This document shows, in pieces, positions 11,584-24,900 of a stretch of 64,000 nucleotides of DNA (positions are counted from its first letter, which is position 1; the number at the start of each line of letters is the position of its first letter). Where the stretch lies: assembly GCF_964188315.1 (NCBI RefSeq), contig NC_135657.1, positions 64,604,001 through 64,668,000 on the forward strand. The letters run 5' to 3'. The notes beneath the pieces are model-generated. The model saw only the letters and a program-made list of their open reading frames with translations. It did no database searches and was not told the origin of the DNA. The position numbers were made by a program, and so were the translations under genes. This stretch comes from Podarcis muralis. Taxonomy: Eukaryota.

Positions 11584-14500
11584 TATAAAAGGAGAATTCC
11601 TAGATGCCAAGATCCTGGTTTGGGGCAACTACTCTTTGGTGAGAGAACCCTAGCAGAGATTTAAAATCGCAAAACATGCAGCAAAGTAAAGTGTGGAAAT
11701 ACAGGCTGTTGGACCTTAAAAATGTGCCCGTGTGAGTTCCAAAACTCCCTCTTCCCCCAGCATATAAAAAGACCACATGTTTGGTAAGTTTAAAATTGGT
11801 TTACTTACAAACGCTTCAAAGGTCAGGCTCTTGTGCTTTTCCATATTTCAGTCAAAAATGTTGCATAGGCGGTAAAACTTGGCTTAGTTGCAAAGTGATG
11901 AAAGTTCCTAAATTATTGGTATTGTAACTAAAGAGAGGATTGTTAAAGCCATTCAGCTAAGAGGCTAGCAAGCAGCTTTGTCTCTTCACACGTTGAGCTG
12001 CTTGGATAGACTGGGAACCCAAGGTGAGCTAAGCCTGGCCAGATAGAATGCTAAAAACTCTATAGTTTTTAGCGTTCATGCATTAATCAGACTTAAGCAT
12101 GTTGGTTATATGAGACTGGATATCCCACTGCCCAAAACATTTGAAGGGCGCCATGTTGACTCCCCTGATCTAGAGCATCCTGGAAGGAGATGTGTAGGGC
12201 AGCTTTTGACCCCTAAACCATCTTTCCCCCCTCCTTTTTGTTGAGAGAAATATTCATTATTGTGTTTTTAAACCGCCCTATGATCCTCAGATAAAGGGTG
12301 GTATATAAATATAATAGAGAATAGAGAATATATTTGATCTCAGGATGCCTTGAACATGTTCTCTGTTCTTTCTGGGACAATGCTGTATTTCCTTTGTGCA
12401 TGGGACCTTATTATTCTGTGCTGTTCTAGCCACCCCTTAATTAATCCTAGGTTTGCACTGCTTTGGTGAATCTTAGATGTTCTGGAACATCACAAAAAGA
12501 TTACTTGAAAAACAACCAACTGGATATTTACTTGTGATCTGCCCATCTTGAATTATATCCTATGCTACCAGGATATGTGGGCAAAGAACATGTCTGTGCT
12601 TAAAGGTTGGACTAAAGCAGAAAGGAAATAATTCAAGCACAGTAACTCAGAAATGACCTAGTTGGTCATTGTCATTACAGTTTGTCTCATCATAGTAAGA
12701 TTCAGCTCTTGTAAAGTAAACCGATATTATTGTTCTTATAGTGCAGAAGGAGAGAAGAGGTTGACAGAAGTATGGCAACCTTGGCAGGTTTGAGGTTGAG
12801 AAAGAATTTGATCCTGTAACTTCCAATCTTGTAGGTCACAGTCATCGCTACTATGCTATGTATGTAAGAGGCTTTTCCAGTGTCCCATGAACACTAAGTT
12901 GTGGGCCAGTAGTAAGTCACTACGTACCATGCTTGTGAAATCTTTGGCCTGGCTCCTGATTATGTCTTGCAGTTTGAGAACAAGAGAGCGCAAGGAAAGT
13001 AAAACTGCTAAGGCATCAAATATTCTTGCTGTTCTCTTTATCGTCATCCTTTGCCTTTGCTATGAAATTTGTTTCATTGTTTTCAATTTCACACTGACAA
13101 ATGTGAATGTTATCTTTTGACCAGAAAAGCCACTTCCTTTTATTTTAGATAAATGAAACTGAAATTGTGCATTCTGATCAACCTATGGGATTTCTCTTGA
13201 AAAGCGGCAACAGCAAAACACTTGTCATGCTTGAGTGTCCTATCCTTGTGTACATCTTTGAGAAATAGCCTTTTTGTCACAGGCCCTGGGACATACTCTG
13301 CTTTTCTTTGACTGACAGCAGGTAATGTGTTTTATCATTAAAATTGGTTCTGAGGAGATGCACGCAGCTCTCCTTTTTTCTTTCCCAACTGTGGAGGCCT
13401 TTTTGTTTTGAAAACAATCTCTGAATAAATGGAGATAATCTCTACAAAGGGGCACTGATATTGAACTGTCATATTGTGTGTTGCTTATCAAGCGCTAAAG
13501 AAATCGAATTTCATTTTAGCCATTATCTAGAGCTACTTATTAAATCATTCTGCTGTTGAAAGGTGGCTGATGGGTCAACAGGTTTTGTGTCTTTTCTTCT
13601 ATCTGTCTGTCTATTATTAACCTTTAGAGAATACTAAAGCTATTATTCATTGTATCTTATAAAGTGGTGCTCAATCTTCCTGATCCATAATGGTGTGTAT
13701 GTGTACCTGCCATGGCTATAGTCTCATTCTTATATATGCAATTTTTGTATTGTTGCCTGGGAATGTGTGGAATTTCTCTTCCCTTATTACTATTGAAGAA
13801 GCATCAGTTTCATCTCTGATACAAGGCTTAAACATTTGATACTAAATCGCCAGTGATTAAAAGTACACCTTGTGGTGTTATTGAAAACAAATAAGGATGG
13901 GCACAATTCTTTCAATTCTTCCTTTCTCCCTCCTTCCCTTCAACTTCTTGTTTGGACCTCAGTGCATGCACATTGCAACACAACAGTCATTATACAGAAT
14001 AGAAGGACTCTCCACACTGCTCATGCATTTATCCAACCATTGCACTCTTCCTTGGGGGACTGATTGTGCTGAATGGGACCTTGCAGAGGACAGTGATGGC
14101 TAGAAGAGTGCATGAAAGATGGCATGGACATCTCATTTGTGTAATTGTCCGTTTGCTGCAGTGTACAATTTATTTTTTATCCATAATTATAAAGGCACAT
14201 AGCACTACATTAAGCTCCAGATACTAGCATTTTGGGTTTCATACAGTACTATACAAAATTACAGAGGATAGTGTTGTATTCTTGTGTGAGAAGACATTCC
14301 TAGGCTAAGGTCAATAAAACTGCTATTTTCAGTGGGGTAGTTGTTATGTTAGTCTGTCAAAAGCAACAAAGGCATCTTAAAGACTAATGAATTTATTATG
14401 GCATAATCTTTTGTAGACTAGGGTCCAATTCATCAAAAGCTGGAGTTTGTGTTGATCTTTGATTTTAATTCCACTATTTTAATTCCACTATTATCTGCAT

Positions 14501-14627
14501 TCTATTTCTTTTGGAAATAAATGAATTAGCAGTTTATTTCAAGTCATAAATGGTACATTACGGCATGATGTGGCTTACTTCATTTGAATGAGTTAGATGA
14601 GAGAGTGGATATTTTGTGCTGGTTTAA

Positions 14628-14814
14628 AATCATAGAATTGTAGAATTAGAAGGAACTCCAAGGGTCATTTAGTCCAACCGCCTGCAATGCAGAAATCTTA
14701 GTTAAAGTATCTATGACAGATGGCCATCCAACCTCTGCTTGAAAACCTCCAAGGAAGGAGAGTCCACAACCTCCCGAGGGAGACTGTTCCACTGTTGAAC
14801 AGCTCTTACTGTTA
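14628..14814 (-). mobile_element. CR1 3' end
   Basis: ATCATAGAATTGTAGAATT...GGGTCATTTAGTCCAACC is the reverse complement of the CR1 (ATTCTATG)n tail and 3' UTR. Confidence 0.8.
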
Positions 14815-14916
14815 TGATTTAGCTTTCTGTTTGGATGAACACTTTTATTGTTTTATATTTGTATGGTTTTATTGACTCTCTTACATATTTCTATTGCAAA
14901 TCGCTTAGGGAGTTCT

Positions 14917-15310
14917 TGTTGGGTGATAACGCCAAGGCCAGTGCCTCCCCCCCACCCATGCAGCGTCACCTGGGATTCATCCCTCCGGTCTCCCATCACG
15001 TTGATGTGACCCATATCCAAGGATGTGAGCACACGACTAGCAGAGTCCAAACAGAAGCTAAGCCTTGAGGAGTAACATTTAAGCCTAATTTATTGCAAAT
15101 TAAATCAAACAGAATGGAACAAAGAAAAATACGGCCCCTCTCTCTTTCTTTCTCGGAGTGAGAACTGCAAAAACAATGGCTATACAGAGCGGAAACAGTG
15201 TATCTCCCTTTCCACTCACAAGACTCCAATAATCAGTGCTGGAATGTAAACAGACATGTGACGTAACAATCTCACACATCTGCAGCGCGGGAGAAATGGA
15301 ATTCTCAACA
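14917..15310 (-). mobile_element. Solo LTR (394 bp)
   Basis: TGTTG...CAACA ends, perfect 5-bp TSD GTTCT (14912-16 and 15311-15), and a minus-strand AATAAA at 15089-94. Confidence 0.85.
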
Positions 15311-15354
15311 GTTCTATGGATGTGTAACGTGATATATAAATAGCGCACTGGAAG

Positions 15355-15599
15355 CAGTGGTGGAGAAACCCTCTCCGGTACCCGGGGCGGGGCAGCCCAT
15401 ACAGAGTGCTCATGTATGGCATCCCGTACGGATTGCGCATGTGTGGCATCCTGTACGGAGTACGCACATGCGGCAGCCCGTATGGACGCCCTCGGCCGCT
15501 CTACAGCTGGAGGGAGGCAGGGGCCATCTTGTCTTCCCCCCCCCCGAGTGGCACCTGGGGCAGCCTGTCCCCTCCACACTCCCCCTTCCTACACCCCTG
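15355..15599. mobile_element. hAT-type MITE with an internal 27-bp tandem repeat (about 3.5 units from 15392)
   Basis: Perfect 8-bp TSD ACTGGAAG (15347-54 and 15600-07). Imperfect TIRs CAGTGGTGGAG / CTACACCCCTG. Confidence 0.8.
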
Positions 15600-17142
15600 A
15601 CTGGAAGGTTGCTTAAGCTGAGTCCTCACTTAGCAATGAGTTACGCTTCTTTTCAGTCTCTAATGCACAGAGAGTTGTACATTAGGAGAATAGGCATTCC
15701 TTGAATCTAATTAGAAATTTTATTGGGTGTGTGTGAACAAATAAGCTTGTGAGCCTCTGTGAAGATGAGAATAATAAAAAGTATAACTTGATGCCCTTTG
15801 GAAGTATTGCCTGCATCTTGGAGGCAAAGCCCTTAGATAGAATTGAGTTGCAAATGGGCTCAGCTGACATTCCGTAGGGCAGAGAAGCCCGGAAGAGTAA
15901 TAAACGGAGCACATTAGTTCTCTTCCAGTTTCAAATGAAATTATTCTTAATGAGATGCAATTAGGTTTTTTTGGAATTTACTAAACAATCTAGCGACCTC
16001 TTATCTGGCAACATAATTATTAGGAGATTACTTTCTACTGAGGCTCTGCAGATGGAGGCTTTGTGGTGCAGCAGTTTAAAACAATTGAACCTGATCTCCA
16101 GAGACCCTGTTATGAATGTTGCTCCGAGAAGAGAGCAAAAAATTGCATTTTGAAGCACCATTTTCAGCAGCAGAGGGACAGTTGGCAGAGTTTACCAAGG
16201 CTGCTGAGAGCCGCTACAGACTTTAATTACCATCTCAGCCTTAATAGAAATTGGTTGGTCTCTGCCAATGGTAAGCACGGTGGTGAGAAATCTCAACTTG
16301 TCTTTCCTCTCCGCTCCCTCCACCCTTTTTCTGGCAGGCAAAATAAAGGATGCCTTTAATGTGCCTTCCAATACTGGGGCACGTCTGTTACATTGCAAGG
16401 AACTTTGAAAACATTTTCTGCTCCACCTTTAACTTTTTTTAATATCTAGTGTAATGCGGCCAGAATGCTTATTAGTGTTCCTGCCTTGAGGAAACTAAAT
16501 CAAAACACTTTGAAATTCAGTGTGACAGACTGAAACCTCACATCCCAGTCTTATTCTTCGCTGTTAAGGAGGTTCAAGCAGTGGCCTTGATTCCAGGAAG
16601 CGTTGCAGTAAATTGTGTTTTGGGGTAGGGGAGGGTAAAACTACTTTTAGCCTTTCAAGCAAATGCAACGTGAAATTAAAATGTCAGGGCCAAACCAGTC
16701 AATATATTCACTGTGTGTATACATTTAATGTGTCGACGTCTTCTTTTTTTACTTTAACAAGACTACCTATGGAGGAGGGACGCATCTGACAATTGTAGTG
16801 ACAATTCTCTCAAACGTCCGTCTGTAGCTGCTCTTCAGCTGCAATGGCAGCTTCCCTCCTAGTGGAACAAGGAAGTTCAGAGGGAGGGGATTTTCCATTG
16901 GGTGCCAGCACAGGAGGAACGAATTGTTGTTGTTTTTAAAACACCCAGCACTCACATGCTATAGACTGACTTCTGATGGTGGTTTCCACAGCAGTACAAA
17001 ACAATCTCCTAATAACTGTGTTTACAGATAAGAAGTTTATTTTATTCACCTAATAATAATCACCTAACTTCACACACACACGGACAAGCAGAGGGTGAGG
17101 ATCAAGATGCCACTTCTGATGACTACAGCAATGTATCATAAT

Positions 17143-17357
17143 GGAAATAAGAAGAGTCCTGCTGAATCAGGCCAAAGGCCCATCTACCCCAGCAACCTGT
17201 TCTCACAATGGCCCACCTGATGCCTATGGGTACCCCTGAAGCAGAACCTGAGTTCAACAGCACTCTCCCCACTTGTGGTTCCCAGGAAGGTGTTCAGAGG
17301 CACACTGTCCCTAGCAGTGGAAGTAGATCACAGCCATCGTAGCTTAGTAGCCATGGA
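17143..17357 (-). mobile_element. CR1 3' end fragment
   Basis: AATAAGAAGAGTCCTGCTGAATCAGGCCAAAGGCCCATCTA... resembles the squamate CR1 3' UTR in reverse. Confidence 0.7.
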
Positions 17358-19806
17358 ATGTAAACCATAAACAGTTGACATTGGAGAACTTGCCCATCTC
17401 CGTCTCAGAAGAAGCCTAGATATTGAAGTTGCTTGGAACTTTGTCAAAGTTCCAAAAGTGTTTTAAAAATTCAAAAATAAAAAGGAGAGATTCCTGTGTG
17501 CAAACACCACATCTCAGATAGCCTTTTTTTTTACAGTCGTTATGGCAATGTCTGGTTACAACACTAAATCAAGAGACTAGGCCTAGCCTCCTTTCCCTCC
17601 CTCTCCCCTTCCAGTATGAATTCCCCTTCCCTTTTAGATTCACAACTGTTTATTGTGTCATTCAAACCTTAAACTGTGGTTAGTGAAAGCAAGCCGACTT
17701 CATAAGGCATGGCTTGAAGTTGGTTTGCTTCCACTAACCTTAGTTAAGAGGGTTGTGGGGTTTTTATAAAAAAAAACTCGTTAATTCGTTTTTTCTGTTT
17801 TCAATACAAACAGACATGCATTGAGATCACTGGGGTGGGAGGAGATTCATAAATAAGTGTGGAAATGAATTGGATGGGAGAAGGGGAAAAGAAAATGGAA
17901 AATGGAAGTGAAGGTTTCTGAACTTCTTCTGGCTGTACTAGAGGAGACAGGGAACAAGCAAGCCTGGGTGGAGACTGTTTTTCCCCCTTGCAGTGCTAAC
18001 CTATGGTTTAATATTATGTCCAAACTAGCTCAGGGTGAGTTTGCCTTGAGCTTAGTGGATGATGACCAAGCCAAAAGGCACAGGTCATTGGAAAGCTACC
18101 CAGGTGCTAGGAGAAGGCTCCAAGAAGATTCCTGTGTGCATCCACGGTGCATCCACATACATATATTTTCCGCTTGTTCATGAGGGGGTTGCTGATTCTC
18201 CAACTTTTCACACAACATGAAATACTTCTCCATAGGCTTCCTCTCCTTTAGGCTTCACTTTTAGGGAGCTACGTTAGGAAGGAGGAGGGGTGAAAAGCTT
18301 ATTCAAGTGCATGGCCCTTTGAAATCCAGGCCTGGACCACTGGATCTTGTCCATGCTGCTACACACTGAAGGCAGCATTTTGCAGAGGTCCTTGCATTCA
18401 TGAAAACAAGCTGATTATCGCTCAGGTGGTTGAATATATATTTTCAACATTGGTCTCCTTCGTCCTACTTCCGAAACTCAAACTATCTACCTCTTTAATG
18501 AATAAATTAATAGCTAATACAGAAGAGAAAACATCTAAGTGGAAAGCTAGTCACTGTGAGGAGTAAATCCATTAATCTGTATGTAGCACACTAATTCAGA
18601 AAAGCCCATGTATCTGACAATAATATTGCAAGGATGGGGGGGTGGGGACGGTTAAATGGTTGCATTGTCTTGTAAGCTGTATGCTTGAGTACATTTATTG
18701 GAGCCCCTGTTTGGCTGTGCCATCTGTGCCTTGTGCTGTTTGCTTAGTTAAGATTTTTCGTTTGATAAATGAGCGTTCTTAAAAGACAGTGAAGGCTTAT
18801 GAATGGATAGAAGAACGCTTGGCTCATTTGGCTTCACCCTTAATCTGGCAGAATACTGAGATACACAAACTATAACTTCCTGCTGTAAATAAATATACCA
18901 GGAATGTAGAATGTAGGAATGCAGTGTGTGTTGAGTGAATTTTTAGTATATGTGGTCATGGTCATGACTTTCATTGTGTAATCACTTTAATTAAGTCAGG
19001 CTATAAAGTTAGTCTTGCATGAGGAATGAATACACTAGGGAGATGGTGATGGATTGATGGCTGTTGAGGGAGTCAGACAAGTGTTGCTGGTGTTTTCCAG
19101 TTGAGTGGAGAGCTGTGCACATGTTAATGGTTGAGCTTGGGTGATAGTGCAGACCTTTACCATCTATGGTGTTTATGGGGGGGGGGCGGTCAAGGAAAGA
19201 AGAGCATGACATTTTGTAGTGGTGTCGTATTTTTGTTTTGGCTTTTTTTGTCGATGAATAATGGCATTACCCAAGTAATAAATTTTAATTAATATCTGTA
19301 TCATTTTGGTTACTGCTAGTTTAGTAGAGCAATTAGTGTAATTAGTAAACAGCATTGCTTGGTGGCATGATAAATCACAGTGCAGAGCACACTGACTCTT
19401 CACCAGGATGATATATTATCCAATTTACTCAAATTTAATGCATGCCGAAAGAAACCCCAAAGCACACAGAAGCATAGCAACAGCTGTGGTGGTCTTTGGT
19501 TGCTCTTGGTGGGTTTGCTGTCAGAGACTTTGAATTGGTCCAACAATGTCAGCTAATTAAACATTTTAGTGTGGATTTTTTTTTTACAGTTGTCGTTCCT
19601 TTTTTTAAAATGTAGATTTACAAATGTTTGTAAATGCTGGCAGATGTGACAGCAGAACGGGATGGAATTCTTAGGTCAAGTCAAAGCAGATATGCAGTGG
19701 GCATTGTGCAGACTTAATCCACTAATGAGGGTTCTGTATTTCTTGTGTCACTTCTATGCTCGAACACTCCTGAAAGTATCTCATGTTCTCTCTGTGTGTG
19801 TTTTAG

Positions 19807-20109
19807 AGCCTATGAGAACACCGAAAACATTGAAGATCGCTGAGATCCAGGCCCGACGCATTGCTGTGGATTGGGAATCTCTAGGTTACAACATTACTCG
19901 CTGCCACACTTTCAACGTCACGATCTGCTACCATTACTTCCGTGGCCATAATGAAAGCAAGGCGGACTGCTTGGATATGGACCCCAAAGCACCTCAACAT
20001 GTTGTGAACCACCTGCCTCCTTACACTAATGTCAGCCTCAAAATGATCCTGACTAATCCTGAGGGGAGAAAGGAAAGTGAAGAGACAATAATCCAAACAG
20101 ATGAAGATG
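19807..20109 (+). CDS. PTPRK: PTPRK exon 8 equivalent (303 bp), FN3 repeat 2
   Basis: ttttag|AGCCTATG...GATGAAGATG|gtaggt. Translates (E)PMRTPKTLKIAEIQARRIAVDWESLGYNITRCHTFNVTICYHYFRGHNESKADCLDMDPKAPQHVVNHLPPYTNVSLKMILTNPEGRKESEETIIQTDED. Phase 1 to phase 1. Confidence 0.98.
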
Positions 20110-20420
20110 GTAGGTTGAAATTCTTCTCTTCTTGATGCCTTAGCTCTCAAAGCAGGTGTTGAAAGAATTCTTAGCTGTGTTGCCTGCTTGAAAATTATGT
20201 TTACATGTTCATGTTAGCCTGTGAATAGTTGAACAAAATGCCCAGACGTAAATGATAGTCATGTCAGCACATATCAGTGTAAATAGCTTACATGGATTTT
20301 TGTTTAAGTGCTTTGCTTGTACCAACCTTTAATATTGGAGAAAGGGGATAAACTCCAATTTGGGTGTGCAATGAGTAGCTTTAAAGGATAAGGAATGATC
20401 TGCAGACTCACAAGTGGCTG

Positions 20421-20538
20421 TTGTTGTCATTGTTTAGTCGTTTAGTCGTGTCTGGCTCTTCGTGACCCCATGGACCAGAGCATGCCAGGCACTTCTGCCT
20501 TCCACTGCCTCCCGCAGCCTCCCGCAGTTTGGTCAAAC
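20421..20538 (-). mobile_element. Bov-B/RTE LINE 3' end, 5'-truncated
   Basis: GTTTAGTCGTTTAGTCGTGTCTGGCTCTTCGTGACCCCATGGAC is the reverse complement of the Bov-B 3' end. Perfect 10-bp TSD CAAGTGGCTG (20411-20 and 20539-48). Confidence 0.85.
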
Positions 20539-21188
20539 CAAGTGGCTGATAGACAGGTGCAAAATGAGCCTGGTGCCTGGCAAATTTTGATTGCTAGTAA
20601 TAGTGACAGGCAAAGCATGTGTGAGGGGCTTTAATGCATGAGAAAGAACAGCTGATGAATGTCCATAGGTGACTCTGTGGGGGTACCCATTAATGCTGGT
20701 ACTAGCGTTACATCTGAACCAGGCCTAAGAAATTTCAAAGTTGTTGAGAAATGGAAAATGGAAAAATATGTGTCAGTGTTTGTTTGTCTCTAAATTCAGA
20801 GTCGTTTCTACAAATTCATGTTTACAGTGCTGTGTTCTTACAACTCACTAAGTAATTATATCTGCATATATTGAGATTACTGCCTTAAAATATCCTTTAT
20901 TTACTTCTGCTAACAGCATAACTTTATTTACCTTATTTGAGGGGTAATAAGGGACACTTTATATGTTTACAAAGCTCTTTAGTGATTATCCTTTTTATGA
21001 ATCTAAATTTTCAACAAATTAAAATAGCATTAAATGAAGTTCCTAATTAGATGGAAATTACAATATGTAGAAGTAGCTTAATGTTCATGTAGTCAGGTTT
21101 GTGACTAACTGCATATTCAAAATGCAGGAATATTGGCAAATGTGTATCTCTTAAAAGCCTTGTGCCTAAGCAGATTTACATGTTGCAC

Positions 21189-21313
21189 CAGGGTTGCTAC
21201 CCTGCAATGCTCCGAATATTGTTGGACTCCAACTCCTGTCAGCCCCATGGCCAGTGGTCAGAGATGATAGCTGTAGTCCAGCAACAGCCGGAGGGCACCA
21301 GGAGCCACCCCTG
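21189..21313. mobile_element. Short palindromic MITE-like repeat; related copies near 7190-7275, 23430-23510, 29330-29405, 31319-31456, 35355-35450 and 54090-54215
   Basis: Recurrent TGTTGGACT(A/C)CAACTCCCATCA...TGATGGGAGTTG(T/G)AGTCCAACA fold-back core with CAGGGGT-like ends. TSDs not confirmed. Confidence 0.6.
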
Positions 21314-24300
21314 TTATGACCAGTGCCTCATCAAGTACAAGCAAAATACCCTGTTCGCTTCAATAGAGAGGGCAGCTTTATATGCTCAAAGGGATGCACC
21401 CATAGATTCAGAGTCACATGAGATACTGGATTGGAACAAGTAGCTATAAGGGAAAAGCTGAATCATTGTCAGTTGTTCCAGCATCACACCAATAACCTCA
21501 ACTAAGATGTGGTATAATCGACAAACCATGGTTTCAGATCATCTGGCACATCAGAATCAATTCATGTATTTTGCTAACTGGACTTTGATGTAATGTCTGA
21601 ATCGATAAGGCATTGATCTGATTCCAGAAGCCACCACATCTAGATAGGACTCCTGAGCAGATGGAAGAATAAAGACAAGCTGTTCTAAACCAGGTCTGCC
21701 TGGTAGTTTAGAACCTTCACCTATGGTTGATACACAAATCATTAACTGAATTTAACCAAAGAAAGGTTGGAGAGAGGGGTGTATATGATGTGAGGATGTA
21801 GAATTTGTAAGTATTTGCTAAAATGTATAAATAAAGGGTGTGGCAACCATTCACTCGTTTAGAAGAAAGCGCATAATTGCTGTCAGTTGTGCAGCTGAAG
21901 TGACTCATAGCCCCAAATGAAACCCGCTCCCACATGGCGGAGTGGCAAATATTGCCCCTTATCTCAGCTGTGTGGGCTACAGTTGGGAAGTGCTACTAAA
22001 AAACCCTTCTCCCATTACTGGCATTTGGGTAATTGGCACAGTTGATTCAAGATGACATCATTGGATAAATGGCCTTGAAGTTCCTCCAGTTGTACACGAA
22101 CCAAAGCTTTAAGAGACTGAAAGTTTTGCTCTATCCCTGATACATGCATCACTTGGCCTAATTTCAAAAGTCCTCTGCATGTGATCAGTCCAGCTCTCTG
22201 GCAAGAGTGACCTGTCCCTCCCCAGAACAAAGAGAATAGAGTGACAGAGAGGGAGAGAAGGTGGTGGTTGGCCCTGGCCTAGCTCACCTCTCATACTTGA
22301 TGTGTGGGGGGGGGACTCCAACCCTGTACTAAAAAATGGGGGGCCCCCCATTCATACACACACACTCCAACACATCTTATTTTAGTTGACATTTTATTTT
22401 AGCTATGGCCTGAGGTAGGTGACATTAAATTAGGTTAATCTTCGTGGACTGCAGCCGCATGAAACATTTGACAGTGAATATATTTTTAACAAAAAACAAA
22501 CAGAAATTATAATATTGTATAAGTATGAATCTATCTGATATCTTATGACTTTTGTTCTGGATTCAGAATCAAAGTGTCCCTAATGTGTCTCTGAATAATG
22601 CCCAATTTCTTTTCTGCAACCTAATCTGTGTTTTTGACAAATTGTAACACAGTGTTACATTTTATTTATGTATTTTTTTTGTTGCTGGTAAACAAAGATG
22701 CAAATTATACTAATGCGCTGTTTCCAGTCAACTCTACTTCCGCCAACAAAATATATGAATCCAGGAGTGTGGAATGTGAGCTGGCTGCTGGTTTCTTTCC
22801 CTTGGGGTCCTTAGAAAGAAATGTGGGGATACAAGGAAAGACATAAATCTCTTGCAGGCCCAATATTGCCATCTCCAGATGTTCAAAAATCTGTGATTTA
22901 TATACATACAAAAAATGTATAATACAAATGTGAAGTTATATTATTTTACATACTGGGATCTTCAGGTGCTCGTATAACAATTCCATATTTCCAGCTATCG
23001 TATGCCCTTTATTTATTTTCTGAAGACAAGTCTTTCTCCTTTTCTCTTTCTCTCTCTCATATCAGATATCCAGCAGAAGAGGCAGGGAGTTGAGACAGAA
23101 ACAGTAGTTGATCAGAAAGGGGCCTCTAAATAAAAACTCTTTAGCACTTGTGCTTGGAAAAAACTATTGGAGGAATAATAGGGAGGCTGGTCAAGAGATA
23201 CAGTGTCTAGTAGAGATGGGACAAAATGAGCTTTGAGACAACACATTGCTTACAGATAGTGGAGACCTGGCTCCCCCTTGTTATGTTTTATTATTTTCAG
23301 TTCCAAGGAGAAAGTAGTATAGGGCAAAAGTGCACCCAAGTGTAGGTATGTGTTTGTACTATTACCAAAGAGCTCTCTGCCTGCTAAGTCTGGAGCAGAG
23401 TTGAGGACCCAGTTAGCCATCATCCTTGACCATCGCCATGCTGTCTGAAACTGATCTGAGTTGGGAATCCAACAGCACCTAGAGTTCCACAAGTTGCCCA
23501 TCCCTGGTCTAGAGTCTTGCCATTAAGAGGGGAATTTTGCAACAAATTGATTCTTCTGTTAGTTTGGTATTATGACTTCTAGGGGACAAAAAGAAGTGAT
23601 TTGTAGCAGAGCTGAATCACGTATCTTTATCTGAGCTAACCAACCAGTTATTTAGCTGCTGGATTCTAGGCTCTCTGTGGGGTGATGGTTTTCAGTCCAG
23701 CAGTCTTGTATTCAGTTGCAAAGCACTTTAGTTGGCCATAAGCTTGCAGCCTTAAATAACTCTGTTTGTAATGAACACTCAAGCATTGTGCATACTATAA
23801 TCATGTTCATTTGCTAGACACATTTCAGTGCAGTCTGTCATGTGCACATTCAACTGCCAAGGGATGTCTATCACCTGGGCTAGACCCTGTGCAATATATG
23901 CTCCATTTGAACTGTAGACAAGAGAAACACAGAGCACTGCCATAGAAAACAGAAAGATGCCTACAGCACATCAGCAAATGCCACAAAACAGCACAGGGGG
24001 ACTGTCAAGGGACATCAGCCATCATCTCTGCTTGAATCTTTGTCAGTATTGTGAAGCAAAGAATAGTAGTCTTCAGTTGACTGATGGGTGAATATAACTC
24101 ATGGAAGCTGAGTACTTGAATCTCATCTGTGCACCTATAGACTTTTTGCTCCATGAATTTATTTTTAATTCACCAAATTAATTTGTTTGTCCCAGGGGCA
24201 GCATATTACTGTTAGTTTCATAGAATCTGAAATAATTCTGATACTTGTGATAGACCTCTTGATGCCTACTGCTTATAGTTCTTTTGATTCAATGGCTTTG

Positions 24301-24790
24301 TTTCTGCCCATTACAAATTTGCAACATGTTTTGGGAACAAATCTTTCAGAAAGGTCATATATGGAACTCGTTGCATTTTAAGGTTTAAGAGTTTGAGGCT
24401 CAAGGGGGAATAATTTAAAAGGTAGGCTAATACAAGTTTAAATAGAAGTAACTTGTTGGAGCTTTCTTAATTTCCCCCTCCCCTTTGCATTGTCCCACAC
24501 TTTCTTTTTAGATACACACCTTTGCCAAATGATCTGCTGATAATTCCAACAGGCTGCAATGTGGCTCATAACTCACCTGTGGAATTGCAAAGCTGACTCA
24601 TTTTGAACCAATGTATTCATGGTCCAGGCTGCTATTTAAACAACAATCCATCCATTCTCAAAACCAAGCTGCCATTTAATGTGGCTTGATTCTAAGCCCA
24701 ATACTTATTCATTTGAGGGGGTTATCTGACTTTTGGGATGATTGTTTCACTAACACCTTTAAACCTGAATGTTTTTTGTTTGTTTTACAG

Positions 24791-24900
24791 TGCCTGGTCC
24801 TGTACCAGCAAAATCACTAAAAGGAACTCCCTTTGAAGACAAGATCTTCCTAAACTGGAAAGAACCTATGGATTCAAATGGGATCATCACACAGTATGAG
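24791..24900 (+). CDS. PTPRK: PTPRK exon 9 equivalent (110 bp), first half of FN3 repeat 3
   Basis: ttttacag|TGCCTGGT...CAGTATGAG|gtattt. Translates (V)PGPVPAKSLKGTPFEDKIFLNWKEPMDSNGIITQYE. Missed by the ORF track. Confidence 0.97.

Noticed and set aside
19662-19806. N-terminal extension of the 157-aa ORF (MEFLGQ...SVCVL), likewise the extensions of ORFs 27128 and 36837
   Set aside because: These are intronic read-through upstream of clear splice acceptors, not alternative starts.
24870-24878. DSNG instead of human DPNG in exon 9
   Set aside because: This position varies among R2B paralogues, so it is an ordinary substitution.
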